DNA of 64,000 bases, taken from the NCBI GenBank assembly GCA_032110825.1, contig JAULVY010000089.1, positions 140-64,139 on the forward strand. The letters run 5' to 3'. The notes under the pieces were generated by a model that saw only the letters and a list, made by a program, of their open reading frames with translations, was not told the DNA's origin and did not search any database. A program made the translations under genes and the position numbers. The stretch comes from Chitinophagaceae bacterium (GTDB taxonomy: Bacteria > Bacteroidota > Bacteroidia > Chitinophagales > Chitinophagaceae). Below, one piece after another: positions 20,051 through 28,889 of the stretch. Within the stretch, counting starts at the first letter, position 1, and the number at the start of each line of letters is the position of its first letter.

Positions 20051-20614
20051 CTAAGAGATCTTTTCCACTTGCATGTAGTTTAATTCTACAGGAGTTGAGC
20101 GACCAAAAATCTTTACTGTTACTTTCAACTTTTTCTTCTCTTCGTTTACTTCTTCAATCACACCGTTAAAATCATTGAAAGGTCCATCAACAATCTTAAT
20201 GATTTCACCAATGATGAAAGGCTCGCTCATGGTTACTCCACCTGCATCGCTCATTTCATCAATCTTGCCCAACATTTTATTTACTTCAGCCTTTCTCAAG
20301 GCAATGGGATTTTCTTTACCCAAAAAGTGAATTACATTGGTGGTATTCTTGATAGCAGCTATAATGTCGTCGTGTAATTTCCCACCTACGCATTCAATCA
20401 TCACATAACCGGGATAAAAATTTCTTTCGCGCATTACTTTCTTTCCGTTTTGAACCTTATACACTTTTTCAACGGGTAAAAAGATTTGTTTGATGGCGCT
20501 GTCCCATCCGTTGCGAACAATATCCTTATCGAGGTATTCCTTTACTTTTTTCTCCTTGCCACTGATCACGCGAAGGACATACCATTTGGTTTCTTGTTGT
20601 GTAGTTGTTTCCAT
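20051..20614 (-). CDS. nusG: Transcription termination/antitermination factor NusG
   Basis: KWYVLRVISGKE, FYPGYV, KOW motif IVDGPFNDFNG, and VKIFGRSTPVEL. Confidence 0.98.
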   Translation of the reverse strand: METTTQQETKWYVLRVISGKEKKVKEYLDKDIVRNGWDSAIKQIFLPVEKVYKVQNGKKVMRERNFYPGYVMIECVGGKLHDDIIAAIKNTTNVIHFLGKENPIALRKAEVNKMLGKIDEMSDAGGVTMSEPFIIGEIIKIVDGPFNDFNGVIEEVNEEKKKLKVTVKIFGRSTPVELNYMQVEKIS

Positions 20615-20808
20615 TACTTGAACAATGAATAAATGAATTTAAGAACAGCATTGCTCCCCAAGTCGAGCACCCAAACAATAGCGGTTATCACCAAGGTGGC
20701 AACCAAAACAATCATGGTAGATTGTTGCAATTGCATCCAATTGGGCCAGGTGACCTTTTCCAATAATTCCCTATAGGAATCGCGTAAATAGGTTTGAATT
20801 TTATTCAT
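20614..20808 (-). CDS. secE: Preprotein translocase subunit SecE
   Basis: ELLEKVTWP motif and a single TM helix, between tRNA-Trp and nusG; start MNKIQ at 20808. Confidence 0.95.
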   Translation of the reverse strand: MNKIQTYLRDSYRELLEKVTWPNWMQLQQSTMIVLVATLVITAIVWVLDLGSNAVLKFIYSLFK

Positions 20809-20843
20809 TTCCTTTTGTTCAAAGTTAATCAATCGTTCTCTAG

Positions 20844-20914
20844 CACGGGCACCTGGATTCGAACCAAGATCAAAGGTTTTGGAGACCTCTATTCTACCAT
20901 TGAACTATGCCCGT
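20844..20914 (-). tRNA. tRNA-Trp(CCA)
   Basis: ACGGGCATAGTTCAATGGTAGAATAGAGGTCTCCAAAACCTTTGATCTTGGTTCGAATCCAGGTGCCCGT; anticodon CCA. Confidence 0.96.
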
Positions 20915-20920
20915 TCTTTA

Positions 20921-20958
20921 AGAAACAAAGTACCCGGACGTGCATCCAGGTACTTTGT
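20921..20958 (-). terminator. Terminator-like hairpin after tuf
   Basis: ACAAAGTACC...GGTACTTTGT stem followed by TTCTT on the - strand. Confidence 0.6.
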
Positions 20959-20984
20959 TGGGAATGTTTATATGCCTTTAGGGC

Positions 20985-22172
20985 TTACTTCAAAATCTCG
21001 GTAACCTGACCAGCACCTACGGTACGTCCGCCTTCGCGAATCGCGAACTTCAGACCTTTTTCCATGGCGATGGGTTGGATCAACTTCACCTTTAGGTTGA
21101 TGTTGTCACCAGGCATAACCATTTCAGTTCCTGCAGGAAGTTCACACTCACCTGTTACGTCTGTAGTACGGAAGTAGAACTGAGGACGGTATTTGTTGAA
21201 GAATGGAGTATGACGTCCACCTTCATCCTTGCTCAATACGTATACTTCACCGTTAAATTCAGTATGCGGAGTGATTGAACCGGGCTTACAGATAACCATA
21301 CCACGACGGATTTGGCTTTTCTCAATACCACGGAGAAGTAAACCAGCATTGTCACCAGCTTCACCTTCATCGAGGAGCTTGCGGAACATCTCAACACCTG
21401 TAACGGTTGAAGTGAGTTTATCTTCCTGCATACCTACGATCTCAACACCTTCACCTACTTTAATTTTACCGCGCTCGATACGACCTGTAGCAACTGTACC
21501 ACGACCAGTGATGGTGAATACGTCTTCTACAGACATCAAGAAAGCAAGATCGACGGGTCTTGGAGGTAGAGGGATGTACTCGTCAACAGCATTCATCAAG
21601 TCGTTAACAGTGGCAACCCACTTTTCTTCACCAGCAAGAGCGCCAGTTGCAGAACCTTTGATGATTGGAGTATTGTCGCCATCGAAACCACGCTTTGTAA
21701 GTTCCTCACGGATTTCCATTTCAACAAGATCAAGCAATTCAGGATCATCAACAAGATCAACCTTGTTCATGAAAACTACAATACGGGGAACACCTACCTG
21801 ACGAGCCAACAAGATGTGCTCTTTGGTTTGAGGCATAGGACCGTCGGTTGCAGCAACCACGAGAATAGCACCATCCATCTGGGCAGCACCTGTAATCATG
21901 TTTTTAACGTAGTCAGCGTGACCTGGACAGTCCACGTGAGCATAGTGACGAGAATCCGTCTCGTATTCTACGTGTGCTGTGTTGATTGTAATACCCCTTT
22001 CTTTTTCTTCAGGAGCACCATCAATCTCATCATACTTCTTTGCCTGAGCAAGACCTCTCTTAGAAAGAATCTCGGTAATGGCAGCAGTCAATGTGGTTTT
22101 ACCATGGTCTACGTGGCCAATGGTACCAATGTTTACGTGGGGTTTGACCCGCTTAAAAGTCTCTTTAGACAT
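20985..22172 (-). CDS. tuf: Elongation factor Tu
   Basis: [27 protein letters not shown] and FMNKVD motifs. Confidence 0.99.
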   Translation of the reverse strand: MSKETFKRVKPHVNIGTIGHVDHGKTTLTAAITEILSKRGLAQAKKYDEIDGAPEEKERGITINTAHVEYETDSRHYAHVDCPGHADYVKNMITGAAQMDGAILVVAATDGPMPQTKEHILLARQVGVPRIVVFMNKVDLVDDPELLDLVEMEIREELTKRGFDGDNTPIIKGSATGALAGEEKWVATVNDLMNAVDEYIPLPPRPVDLAFLMSVEDVFTITGRGTVATGRIERGKIKVGEGVEIVGMQEDKLTSTVTGVEMFRKLLDEGEAGDNAGLLLRGIEKSQIRRGMVICKPGSITPHTEFNGEVYVLSKDEGGRHTPFFNKYRPQFYFRTTDVTGECELPAGTEMVMPGDNINLKVKLIQPIAMEKGLKFAIREGGRTVGAGQVTEILK

Positions 22173-22276
22173 TGTTATCCGTTTTTGTTTGTTTTAACTT
22201 GATTTACCTATTGAAACGGCCGCAAAATTATTGATTTTGGGTCGATTTTCAAAAGTTTTTTCCCTGAAAGGAGTTG

Positions 22277-22348
<72 letters not shown>

Positions 22349-22431
22349 ATGAAGCATGCTCCACCATCCTATCCTGCCCGTTTAGCCACCTGGTTAAAAT
22401 GGTTAGACATGATGCCGTGCAGCGGTAATTG

Positions 22432-22504
22432 AGCGGGAGACGAGGCTCGAACCCGCGACCTATAGCTTGGAAGGCTATCGCTCTACCAACTGAGCTACTC
22501 CCGC
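22432..22504 (-). tRNA. tRNA-Gly(TCC)
   Basis: GCGGGAGTAGCTCAGTTGGTAGAGCGATAGCCTTCCAAGCTATAGGTCGCGGGTTCGAGCCTCGTCTCCCGC. Confidence 0.96.
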
Positions 22505-22549
22505 AAAATACAATCGATAAAAAAGTTCAGACCCATTCCTTTCGAAATG

Positions 22550-22632
22550 TGGGCAGGAGTGGATTCGAACCACTGAAGTCGAAAGACAGCGGATTTACAG
22601 TCCGCCCCATTTGGCCGCTCTGGAACCTGCCC
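22550..22632 (-). tRNA. tRNA-Tyr(GTA)
   Basis: GGGCAGGTTCCAGAGCGGCCAAATGGGGCGGACTGTAAATCCGCTGTCTTTCGACTTCAGTGGTTCGAATCCACTCCTGCCCA; long variable arm. Confidence 0.96.
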
Positions 22633-22651
22633 CTCATGTTTGTCTTCGTTG

Positions 22652-22724
22652 AGCCAGAGAAGGGACTCGAACCCCCGACCAGCTGATTACAAATCAGCTG
22701 CTCTACCAGCTGAGCTACTCTGGC
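22652..22724 (-). tRNA. tRNA-Thr(TGT)
   Basis: GCCAGAGTAGCTCAGCTGGTAGAGCAGCTGATTTGTAATCAGCTGGTCGGGGGTTCGAGTCCCTTCTCTGGC. Confidence 0.96.
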
Positions 22725-22810
22725 AATTAAAACACAAGAATCTTGACTTTGACTCCCTTATCGATTTACCTTAGAAAATAAAAGATCTACCCCAGTATTT
22801 TTGGGGAATG

Positions 22811-22818
22811 CAAAGGTA
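22811..22818 (-). promoter_or_regulatory. -7 element (TACCTTTG) for the tRNA-tuf operon
   Basis: Exact TAnnTTTG with a TTTG 18 nt upstream. Confidence 0.65.
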
Positions 22819-22881
22819 ATGTAATTTGTCAAATGCCAAAATTTTGGAATTCAAATTTTTGGAATTATTTCCACCCAAAGA

Positions 22882-23181
22882 TCAAGCCAATTGCTTCTCC
22901 TTAACTTTCTTCATTTGAATGAGAATGGAATCCATGGCCTGATCAAAAGACTCCTCAAAAGATTTGGTGGTCTGCTTTACAAAAAGCTCGTGTTTCGGGA
23001 CCTTCACACGAATTTCAGCAACTTTATCTTTGATTTGATGCATTACGTTGTCGAGCTTCAGAAAAACATCCACTTTCATTATTTTATCGTGGTGTTGTGA
23101 CAACTTGGAAATTTTCTTGTTTACATGTTCAACCAATTTGCTGTCGGCGTCAAAATGTACGGCGTGAATGTTTACAGTCAT
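22882..23181 (-). CDS. hpf: Ribosome hibernation factor HPF/RaiA
   Basis: IHAVHFDADSKL, VDVFLKLD and SFEESFD motifs; usual position after xerC in Bacteroidota. Confidence 0.9.
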   Translation of the reverse strand: MTVNIHAVHFDADSKLVEHVNKKISKLSQHHDKIMKVDVFLKLDNVMHQIKDKVAEIRVKVPKHELFVKQTTKSFEESFDQAMDSILIQMKKVKEKQLA

Positions 23182-23277
23182 AGTCCAGGTGTTTAAATTA
23201 ACAAAATAGCAGCGAACTTTTAAGTTACCCCATTTGCCGCAAACCAGAAGAAAAAAATTGCTAAAAAGAACTAAAAA

Positions 23278-24177
23278 TCATCCTTTGGGATGTGCCTTCT
23301 TGTGAATATCGCGAAGGCGCTCAATGCTGTTGTGTGTATAGACTTGAGTTGCGGCCAAACTCGAGTGACCTAGTAGTTCTTTAACAGCATTCAATTCAGC
23401 TCCATTGCTAGTAAGGTGGGTGGCAAAACTGTGTCGCAATACGTGTGGACTTTTCTTCTCTGCTGTTGTTACTTGCGAGAGATAGTATTTCACGATTTGA
23501 TAGATTTGACGGGGGTTAAAAGCTTTTCCTTTTCCGGTGACAAGCAGTTCCGGTTGAGGTTCAAATCCATTTGATTTTTTCTCGTTGATGGATTCTTGGA
23601 TGAGTAATTTTAACTCGTCGGAAATGGGTATGATTCTTTCTTTATTGCCTTTCCCCAAGACTTTAATTTGATTTCGATTGAGTTCGATGTGAACTGTTTT
23701 TAATCCCACCAATTCACTCACACGCATCCCGGTATGGTAAAGCAAAGTCAATATCAAGCGATCCTGCTTTGTATTGTTTCCTTCATCAAAAAAATTGCCT
23801 TTAAAAAGTTTTTCCATCTGATCCGCTTCTACAAAGGAAGGCAGACGTTTGTTGGTTTTTAGTACACTGATGTTTTTTGCAGGATTTGTTTGCAATCGAC
23901 CTTGAATCATGCAAAATTTAAAGAATGACTTTAACGAAGATATTTTGCGGTTTACGCTTCTGGGTGAAAGTTTAATAAGCGTTAATGAAGCCATCCAGGA
24001 TCGAATGATCATGGGATTTAGTTGATTCAATTGATCCGTATCAAATTGGTCTTTTGAAAACTGGAAAAAACCCGTTAAGTCGTCGATATATGCCCGCGTT
24101 GTATGAACAGAAAAGCGTTTTTCAAATTTTAGAAAATCAGCAAAATCAGCTATATCAGGGTGTTGGTATTGGATCAT
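23278..24177 (-). CDS. xerC: Tyrosine recombinase XerC
   Basis: TGMRVSEL, GKGNKERIIP, SPHVLRHSFATHL and LLGHSSLAATQVYTH. Start placed at MIQYQ (24177) because a TAACTTTA -7-like box abuts the track start at 24192. Confidence 0.9.
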   Translation of the reverse strand: MIQYQHPDIADFADFLKFEKRFSVHTTRAYIDDLTGFFQFSKDQFDTDQLNQLNPMIIRSWMASLTLIKLSPRSVNRKISSLKSFFKFCMIQGRLQTNPAKNISVLKTNKRLPSFVEADQMEKLFKGNFFDEGNNTKQDRLILTLLYHTGMRVSELVGLKTVHIELNRNQIKVLGKGNKERIIPISDELKLLIQESINEKKSNGFEPQPELLVTGKGKAFNPRQIYQIVKYYLSQVTTAEKKSPHVLRHSFATHLTSNGAELNAVKELLGHSSLAATQVYTHNSIERLRDIHKKAHPKG

Positions 24178-24237
24178 AAAAAAAGTAGTCATAAAGTTAC
24201 AGAACCTTATGACTACCCATATAGATTTAACCTGGCT

Positions 24238-24435
24238 TTAAGCCTCGATCGATCCGTTGAATATTTGTTGGCGGTAGATTGCTTTGAGTACTTCTCCCCT
24301 TCTTTTGATTGAAGGCTTTATAAACGACTGACGCTCACGCAATTGCAACAAAACCTTCGCTTTTTCGAACTTCTTCTTGTACTTCTTCAGGGCTTTGTCG
24401 ATGTTTTCGCAATCTTTAGAATCGATGATAAGCAT
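24238..24435 (-). CDS. rpsU: 30S ribosomal protein S21
   Basis: IDKALKKYKKK and FIKPSIKRR motifs; TATCTTTG -7 box at 24462-24469. Confidence 0.95.
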   Translation of the reverse strand: MLIIDSKDCENIDKALKKYKKKFEKAKVLLQLRERQSFIKPSIKRRGEVLKAIYRQQIFNGSIEA

Positions 24436-24532
24436 AACGTATTCCTCTTTTTTTAGGAAGGCAAAGATAATACTTGTTCGGATTTCTCCAAAAGGATTCT
24501 AAAAATAGATTGGGAGATCCGAACTTTGTGTC

Positions 24533-25111
24533 ATGTTTACCGGAATAATTGAAGCGGTTGGAACCATTGAAAGTATTGAAAACAATGGGTCTAACAGGCA
24601 TTTTTGGCTTCGTTGTCCTTTTATTGATGAATTGAAAATCGACCAAAGTTTAGCCCATGATGGGGTCTGCTTAACGGTTGATGGGTTAAAAGAGAGCCAA
24701 TATCGAGTTACAGCAGTTGCTGAAACCCTAGAAAAAACGAATTTAATGGACTGGAAACCGGGAAAAAAGGTAAATCTGGAGCGTGGAATGATTTTGGGCT
24801 CTCGAATTGATGGACATTTGGTACAGGGGCATGTGGACTGCACGGGAACATGTATTGAGGTAATAGACCAGGATGGCAGTTGGAAATTCAGCTTTGAATA
24901 CCCCGAAAAATTCAGAAAGTTGATAATCGAAAAAGGATCTATTTGTGTGAACGGAACCAGCCTAACGGCCTTTGATTTGCGAAACAATCAATTCTCGGTT
25001 GCTATCATCCCCTACACGTATAACAACACGAATATCAATCAGTTACAAAAAAACTCCAAGGTGAACTTGGAGTTTGATATGGTGGGGAAGTATATTATGA
25101 GTAAATGTTAG
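24533..25111 (+). CDS. ribE: Riboflavin synthase
   Basis: MFTGII N-terminus, HDGVCLT, GHLVQGHVD, NGTSLT and VNLEFD motifs. Confidence 0.97.
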   Translation: MFTGIIEAVGTIESIENNGSNRHFWLRCPFIDELKIDQSLAHDGVCLTVDGLKESQYRVTAVAETLEKTNLMDWKPGKKVNLERGMILGSRIDGHLVQGHVDCTGTCIEVIDQDGSWKFSFEYPEKFRKLIIEKGSICVNGTSLTAFDLRNNQFSVAIIPYTYNNTNINQLQKNSKVNLEFDMVGKYIMSKC

Positions 25112-25239
25112 GAACAAGCTTCATCACCTGCCCCCGAGGAAGGTTCTCCTAAGGTTTCACATTGGGCGGAACCTTTTTCAGTTTTAGACACAGGGACTAT
25201 ATCTAAAATTGTCGGCTTTTGCCATTGTAACTTGCTCAT
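25108..25239 (-). CDS. Lasso peptide precursor (A), 43 aa: MSKLQWQKPTILDIVPVSKTEKGSAQCETLGEPSSGAGDEACS
   Basis: Translated by hand (ATG 25239, TAA 25110-25108); starts 19 bp after the cyclase stop on the same strand; WxxP leader motif, Thr before the predicted cleavage site, Gly/Ser/acid-rich core, C-terminal Ser. Confidence 0.88.
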   Translation of the reverse strand: MSKLQWQKPTILDIVPVSKTEKGSAQCETLGEPSSGAGDEACS

Positions 25240-25258
25240 AAACTGAATTTATGTAAAA

Positions 25259-27202
25259 CTAAAGAACTTTCCTGAGAAATCGAAATAATGAAAGATTTTC
25301 TATGAATTTATATCCTAATTCATACTTTTTTTCAATATCTGTTTCTGATTTCATTTTTTTATACATCTGAACTAGGTTAATGCCAATCTGACTATTATGA
25401 CTGGAATTAAAAACGTGTAGTGGTTTTGAAAATTCAGAAAGTAAAATACCAATACTTGAGTCATTTGAAATTAGAAATGGTAAATCTCTCATTTGATAAC
25501 GCTTTTCATTTTGATTAATTACCGAAAATTCAAATTTCATTTTTAGTATGCTACTAAGCATATATTTCAAATTCCCATTCTTAAAAAAATAGTACTCAGG
25601 AACTGAAAATGAAAATTTTTGAAATCGAATATCCGCAGTTGGATCAAGCATTAAAATAGCTGATTCCTTGCTTTTTTGGTACCATGACCCAGTTATTAAT
25701 ACTTGATTGTATTTACTATACTTCAATCTAAATTTTTTCGAACTTAAAAAAAAAGATATCCCAACAATAATATCCTCGCTTTTTATTCTTCGTTTTTCAA
25801 ATTTTTTAAAAACAAGTAAGTCTAGTGTTTTGTTGCCAGTTTTTTCATACAAGATATATAACGAGAAAAAAGAATAATAAATCATTCTCAACCAAGAAGC
25901 AAGAGGCCTCTTTATAAAATAGCTCAAGGTAAATCTGAGTGACTTAGAGTACTTTTCTTTGAATTGATTTAAATTATGAAAAGCTTTTTTCCACTTAAAG
26001 TGAATCAAATCATGTAAAACAATATTAGTTGGACAATAAGATAATGTTATGTTCCCAAGTTGTGCGTTTAGAATTATTTTCAAAGAATCATCTTTGGCTT
26101 GCTTAATCATCTTATCTAACCATAATTCATGTGCAGATATTTTAGGATTTAAAAAATCTAATCTCTCATGAGACCTAAACAATTGACCAAAACTATAATT
26201 TGAACAATTTATAGTATGATGAATAATATTTGTAAACTGCTTTGTAAATGAATTTGCAATTATGGATTCATCGTTTTTTTTAATGCCTGGAATTTCAGTA
26301 TCATAAGTATATATTGGAGCAAGTGTATATGCCCAAAGTGAATCTTTCTTATATTCAAGCTCTTTGGATAAATAATAAGTTATGCACGTTGAATCGCTTC
26401 CAGAACTCAAAAGAACTCCACTTTTTACACTAGCAGATAATTTAGAGCGAACTGACAGGTATAACGCAGACTCAAATTCAAAAAAAAGATCGTTCTCGTC
26501 TTTGAAATTCACTTCAGGTTGATCAAATATTTTTTCACTCCAATCAAATCTTTCATATTTTCCCAACGAATAAAATAAACATTCCCCCGCAATTAATTCG
26601 TTCACACTTTTAAACAACGTCTTTCCTATTTCTATTCTTAACTTATTTATCAGTAATCTTGACACTTGATATGAATCGATATCAATTTCTTTGCCTAAAA
26701 AAATTGAAAAAAGACTAATCTCATCCGAGAAATATAAACAACCGTTTAATTCGGTAAAAAATAGCCCACAATTTCCCGTTGCACTTCTATATAATGAAAC
26801 AGATACGACTTCTTTTGAATACACAATAAAAGCCCAATCTCCTTCCAAATGAAGAACGCATTTATCCTTCCATTTTTTATAGGCCATCATGGCCAACAGT
26901 GAGTCGGGAGTCACCTTAAGCTCAGCTTGTGTTAATCCTAATTTGTCCCCAAGCTCATCGCGATAATCCAAACGAAAATGGCCTGCCAATACATAATTTT
27001 TACAGTCGCTAAGTAATGGTTGTCTATCATACTCCGCCGCATTCCCAACTCTTAACATCAGATGTCCTACAGCAAAATGATCATCAACAAAAGTTTCCAG
27101 CCCATCATAGCCGTCTTGATGCACAGCATTTTTCATCTGCTCAAATTGATCTAAGTCAATTCCATCCCCACCCGGTTTGAATATTCCAAAAAAACCACTC
27201 AT
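25259..27202 (-). CDS. Lasso peptide cyclase (C protein; asparagine synthetase-like)
   Basis: Non-catalytic Ntn-like N-terminus (MSG, no Cys1; RLDYRDEL, LEGDWAF), PP-loop variant LSSGSDS and DPTADIR; coupled to B2 by an ATGA overlap. Confidence 0.88.
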   Translation of the reverse strand: MSGFFGIFKPGGDGIDLDQFEQMKNAVHQDGYDGLETFVDDHFAVGHLMLRVGNAAEYDRQPLLSDCKNYVLAGHFRLDYRDELGDKLGLTQAELKVTPDSLLAMMAYKKWKDKCVLHLEGDWAFIVYSKEVVSVSLYRSATGNCGLFFTELNGCLYFSDEISLFSIFLGKEIDIDSYQVSRLLINKLRIEIGKTLFKSVNELIAGECLFYSLGKYERFDWSEKIFDQPEVNFKDENDLFFEFESALYLSVRSKLSASVKSGVLLSSGSDSTCITYYLSKELEYKKDSLWAYTLAPIYTYDTEIPGIKKNDESIIANSFTKQFTNIIHHTINCSNYSFGQLFRSHERLDFLNPKISAHELWLDKMIKQAKDDSLKIILNAQLGNITLSYCPTNIVLHDLIHFKWKKAFHNLNQFKEKYSKSLRFTLSYFIKRPLASWLRMIYYSFFSLYILYEKTGNKTLDLLVFKKFEKRRIKSEDIIVGISFFLSSKKFRLKYSKYNQVLITGSWYQKSKESAILMLDPTADIRFQKFSFSVPEYYFFKNGNLKYMLSSILKMKFEFSVINQNEKRYQMRDLPFLISNDSSIGILLSEFSKPLHVFNSSHNSQIGINLVQMYKKMKSETDIEKKYELGYKFIENLSLFRFLRKVL

Positions 27203-27624
27203 CGTTTTAATGCTTGATGTGTAAATGATGCGACCACTGTAAAGTTATCCATACCGGGTTTACCAGTAACAATATAATTACCCGACTTTACCCATGCGTG
27301 AGCCGACAATCCATTTCCTTCCTTCGCTAATCCAAAATAAATGGTTGAAGGAATTGATCGATTTCCCAACATCCATCTAGCCGTCAATGCCTGATCATAA
27401 CATTTACTGGAATGAAAACTCAATTTAGCAGCTCGTTGTATAGCTACATAAATAGATTTTACCTTCTGCGTGTTAGAGGATGATTGAACTTGCAATTCAT
27501 TTAGCTTACCCAAGTTCGCAGCAATTTTTTTAAATGGGATAATAAGAATAATCAATTTGGAAGTATGAAGGAAGATGAAAGCTTCCACGAATAAAGCAAG
27601 ATCTTGGAATGTTCTGTATTTCAT
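27199..27624 (-). CDS. Lasso peptide leader peptidase (B2, transglutaminase-like)
   Basis: KCYDQALTA (Cys), YFGL and AHAWV (His) motifs; ATGA overlaps with RRE and C. Confidence 0.93.
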   Translation of the reverse strand: MKYRTFQDLALFVEAFIFLHTSKLIILIIPFKKIAANLGKLNELQVQSSSNTQKVKSIYVAIQRAAKLSFHSSKCYDQALTARWMLGNRSIPSTIYFGLAKEGNGLSAHAWVKSGNYIVTGKPGMDNFTVVASFTHQALKR

Positions 27625-27890
27625 TCGATTTGCGAAATAATACCTTTTTCAACCATTTGATTCAATAACTCCTTCGTATCATGCACGCATAATTCTCTAT
27701 CAACTTCAAATTGTTCCATTAATTTTTCAACCAATTGATTGAAATCCATACCATCTTTCAAATGATTCCAAATCACTGAAGCAACAGAATTTAATCCAAA
27801 ATAAAATCCAGAGTCCATGTCTAACATCACGACTTCATCTCCAATTTTGGACTGGATCACCTCTTTTTTATGAATATACCGTTCTGCCAC
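27621..27890 (-). CDS. PqqD-family RiPP recognition element (lasso B1/E)
   Basis: GDEVVMLDMDSGFYFGLNSVASVIWNHL and VDRELCVHDTKELLNQMVEKGII; 89 aa. Confidence 0.94.
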   Translation of the reverse strand: MAERYIHKKEVIQSKIGDEVVMLDMDSGFYFGLNSVASVIWNHLKDGMDFNQLVEKLMEQFEVDRELCVHDTKELLNQMVEKGIISQIE

Positions 27891-27944
27891 GATTTAAATT
27901 ATTGATTAAAATTACATTCTTTAAATCTTACCTGCAACCAATAG

Positions 27945-28847
27945 TTATGAATTTAATAATTCTGCAACTGCATCTACAACTTCTTGAACATGATCCCCTT
28001 CTGCTGGTCGTGAAACAACAAAAGCATTTACTTGCCCCGCAAGCAGACTTAAAACCTTAAAATGCTCTTCCTTTAGATTCATATGCCCCAAATTTTCACC
28101 TCGATACGCATTGGAATCTAATCGCTGGAACAGCTCAATACCCGTTAAAGAACTAACCGAAACTTCGCTGCATTCATCGGACTTTTGTAAAAAAATGGCT
28201 TGCCTTGGTATATTAGGTTCCATGGAAAATGTTTCGTGAAAATAAAGTCCATACTTCTCCATATCAGGACGAATTTTTCGATCTACACGATCCCAAATCT
28301 TAAACCGATCTATCGTTTCTTTCCAAAGTTTAATCATGGGATATGAGGAATCTATCCAGACCTCATCTGCGTGTATTCTGGGTACAACTACATCATCAGA
28401 AATGACTTCGAATCCCTGCTCAAGCAATCCAGCCAACGTTGTGGACTTCCCCGAACCAGAATGACCAAAGACTAAAATGGTCTTTTCAGATTTTCGAACT
28501 GCGGCACAATGCAATGGAATTTGCCCTTTTTGCTGCAATGCAGCTGCAAAAGCATTGGATAAACAAAAAAGTCTCACTGCATCATTCGATGCATTTTGAA
28601 ATGGTTTGATCACAATTGAGTTACCACCCTGTACCTCATACTGGGCAACATGGGGTACTATAAGTTTATAAGATACCTCCTCAACATGCACAAACGATTT
28701 TTCTCTCAATGAATCAAAATTAGAATCAGAATATCCATCTTGAACTGAAACCATTAATTCAAATGAATCTTCTGATGAGATGGGCATTAACTCAGGAAAG
28801 GAGATTTCCGATGCAAGCTTTAACCCATATGCCCAATAATGAAACAC
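27945..28847 (-). CDS. HPr-kinase-like lasso peptide kinase (PadeK/PsmK-type)
   Basis: PLHCAAV, Walker A GHSGSGKST, ISDD Walker B, and SSYPMIKLW. Confidence 0.88.
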   Translation of the reverse strand: MFHYWAYGLKLASEISFPELMPISSEDSFELMVSVQDGYSDSNFDSLREKSFVHVEEVSYKLIVPHVAQYEVQGGNSIVIKPFQNASNDAVRLFCLSNAFAAALQQKGQIPLHCAAVRKSEKTILVFGHSGSGKSTTLAGLLEQGFEVISDDVVVPRIHADEVWIDSSYPMIKLWKETIDRFKIWDRVDRKIRPDMEKYGLYFHETFSMEPNIPRQAIFLQKSDECSEVSVSSLTGIELFQRLDSNAYRGENLGHMNLKEEHFKVLSLLAGQVNAFVVSRPAEGDHVQEVVDAVAELLNS

Positions 28848-28853
28848 TTCATT

Positions 28854-28873
28854 TATCTTTAGGCATAAAGATA
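28854..28873. promoter_or_regulatory. Perfect inverted repeat TATCTTTA-GGCA-TAAAGATA in the 42-bp divergent intergenic region of the lasso cluster
   Basis: Each arm resembles a -7 box (TAnnTTTG) read outward. Confidence 0.55.
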
Positions 28874-28889
28874 CTAACTAAGTTTTCGA

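Noticed and set aside
22349-22431. 83-nt spacer between tRNA-Thr(GGT) and tRNA-Gly as a possible degenerate tRNA or ncRNA
   Set aside because: No T-loop (GTTCGA) or acceptor stem; only weak pairing found.
23278-24177. Tyrosine recombinase beside a tRNA cluster as a possible prophage/ICE integrase
   Set aside because: About 300 aa, XerC-like motifs, and the usual rpsU-xerC-hpf-tRNA-tuf housekeeping context.
25259-27202. Housekeeping asparagine synthetase AsnB
   Set aside because: Lacks catalytic Cys1 and is translationally coupled to lasso B2/RRE genes with a precursor directly downstream.
27621-27890. PQQ biosynthesis gene pqqD
   Set aside because: No pqqA/B/C/E nearby; context indicates a lasso RRE.
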